Part shown: piece after piece, positions 63,255-64,000 of the stretch
How positions within the stretch are numbered: the stretch's first letter is position 1
Layout: each line of letters begins with the position of its first letter
Assembly (NCBI GenBank): GCA_963737155.1
Contig: CAVTRN010000002.1
Location: 32,001 to 96,000, forward strand
From: Nitrospirota bacterium
GTDB lineage: Bacteria; Nitrospirota; UBA9217
Direction: 5' to 3'
Length of the DNA: 64,000 bases
Notes under the pieces: generated by a model
What the model was told of the DNA's origin: nothing
Seen by the model: only the letters and a program-made list of their open reading frames with translations
The model's database searches: none
Program-made: the position numbers and the translations under genes

Positions 63255-63887
63255 ATGCACAGAAAAATCATTGCTTCATTAAAAGATATCTGCAATGAAC
63301 AACGGCGTGTCAATTCGCGGACACTCGAAGCAGTCATTGTGCTCGCGATAGAGATTGCACGCGAGGGCCGTGAAGGAAGAAAGATCGGAACTCTATTTGT
63401 TGTTTCTGATGCTGAAAAAACGTTGAGTTATTCGCGCTGCCTGATGCTCGATCCTCTCCTGCATCATCCCGATGAGGCGAAGCATATTGAGAATCCGGAC
63501 CTGCGCGAAACTGTAAAAGAGCTGGCCCAATTGGATGGAGCGTTCATCGTGTCCGATCCCGGCATCGTGCTCTCCGCCTGTCGTTATGTCAACGCTTCAT
63601 CCGATCACATCAATTTGCCGCTCGGTCTGGGCAGTCGTCATATGGCGGCCGCATCCATTACCAGGCTGACCGACGCTGTGGCAGTTGTCGTGTCGGAAAG
63701 CTCTATTGTCAGGGTATTTGACGACGGAGAGATCATAGCAGAGATACTGCCCGAACTGTGGCTGCTTCACAATTTCAGTCTCCACCTGGCACAGCCCTAT
63801 TCACGACATAGTGACCACGAGATGAGCATATTCGCCAGGAGCGGTATTCTCGCAAAGAGGGAGGATAAGGTACAAGAGATGCAATAG
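63255..63887 (+). CDS. Diadenylate cyclase (DisA_N/DAC domain) protein
   Basis: AREGREGRKIGTLF, LDGAF, GLGSRHMAA, VVSES. Confidence 0.88.
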   Translation: MHRKIIASLKDICNEQRRVNSRTLEAVIVLAIEIAREGREGRKIGTLFVVSDAEKTLSYSRCLMLDPLLHHPDEAKHIENPDLRETVKELAQLDGAFIVSDPGIVLSACRYVNASSDHINLPLGLGSRHMAAASITRLTDAVAVVVSESSIVRVFDDGEIIAEILPELWLLHNFSLHLAQPYSRHSDHEMSIFARSGILAKREDKVQEMQ

Positions 63888-64000
63888 AACAAGAATTAAT
63901 GAGAGCCTATATTATTTCATATATTAGGGGGGTTCAAACAAAATGAAGGCATACTATAAATACCGGAGTATTATTCGTTTTGCATGCATGAGTGTCATCC

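Overview
A bacterial accessory region. The gene content and style suggest an anaerobic Nitrospirota or Deltaproteobacteria-like organism (inference only). It mixes intact transport, signalling and stress genes with many frameshifted or truncated remnants. Main points: (1) Six dispersed copies of the 3' half of an initiator tRNA-Met. Five are followed by the same terminator, three are T-arm chimeras followed by 11-bp-period CAGGACAG repeats, and they punctuate a series of about 10 intact or decayed toxin-antitoxin modules. This looks like a tRNA-anchored cassette-accretion array, with no integrase in the window. (2) Two selenoproteins that the ORF caller split at an in-frame UGA: an exported Sec-MsrA (GUFWG) and an orphan PrdB/GrdB-like UxxC protein, each with a SECIS-like hairpin. 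(3) A methionine-sulfoxide/oxidant-defence island: MsrAB, a sulfite-oxidase-family Mo enzyme, a ~32% Met secreted protein, Sec-MsrA and an OmpR-type two-component system. Three of its promoters share a 39-bp repeat box at identical spacing to the -10. (4) A c-di-GMP-I riboswitch upstream of a PAS kinase that is interrupted in its first codons by an IS256 element with an 8-bp target duplication. (5) A CIRCE-controlled hsp20 x3 - htpX pseudogene cluster followed by a diadenylate cyclase gene. All family calls come from motif recognition; no database searches were run.
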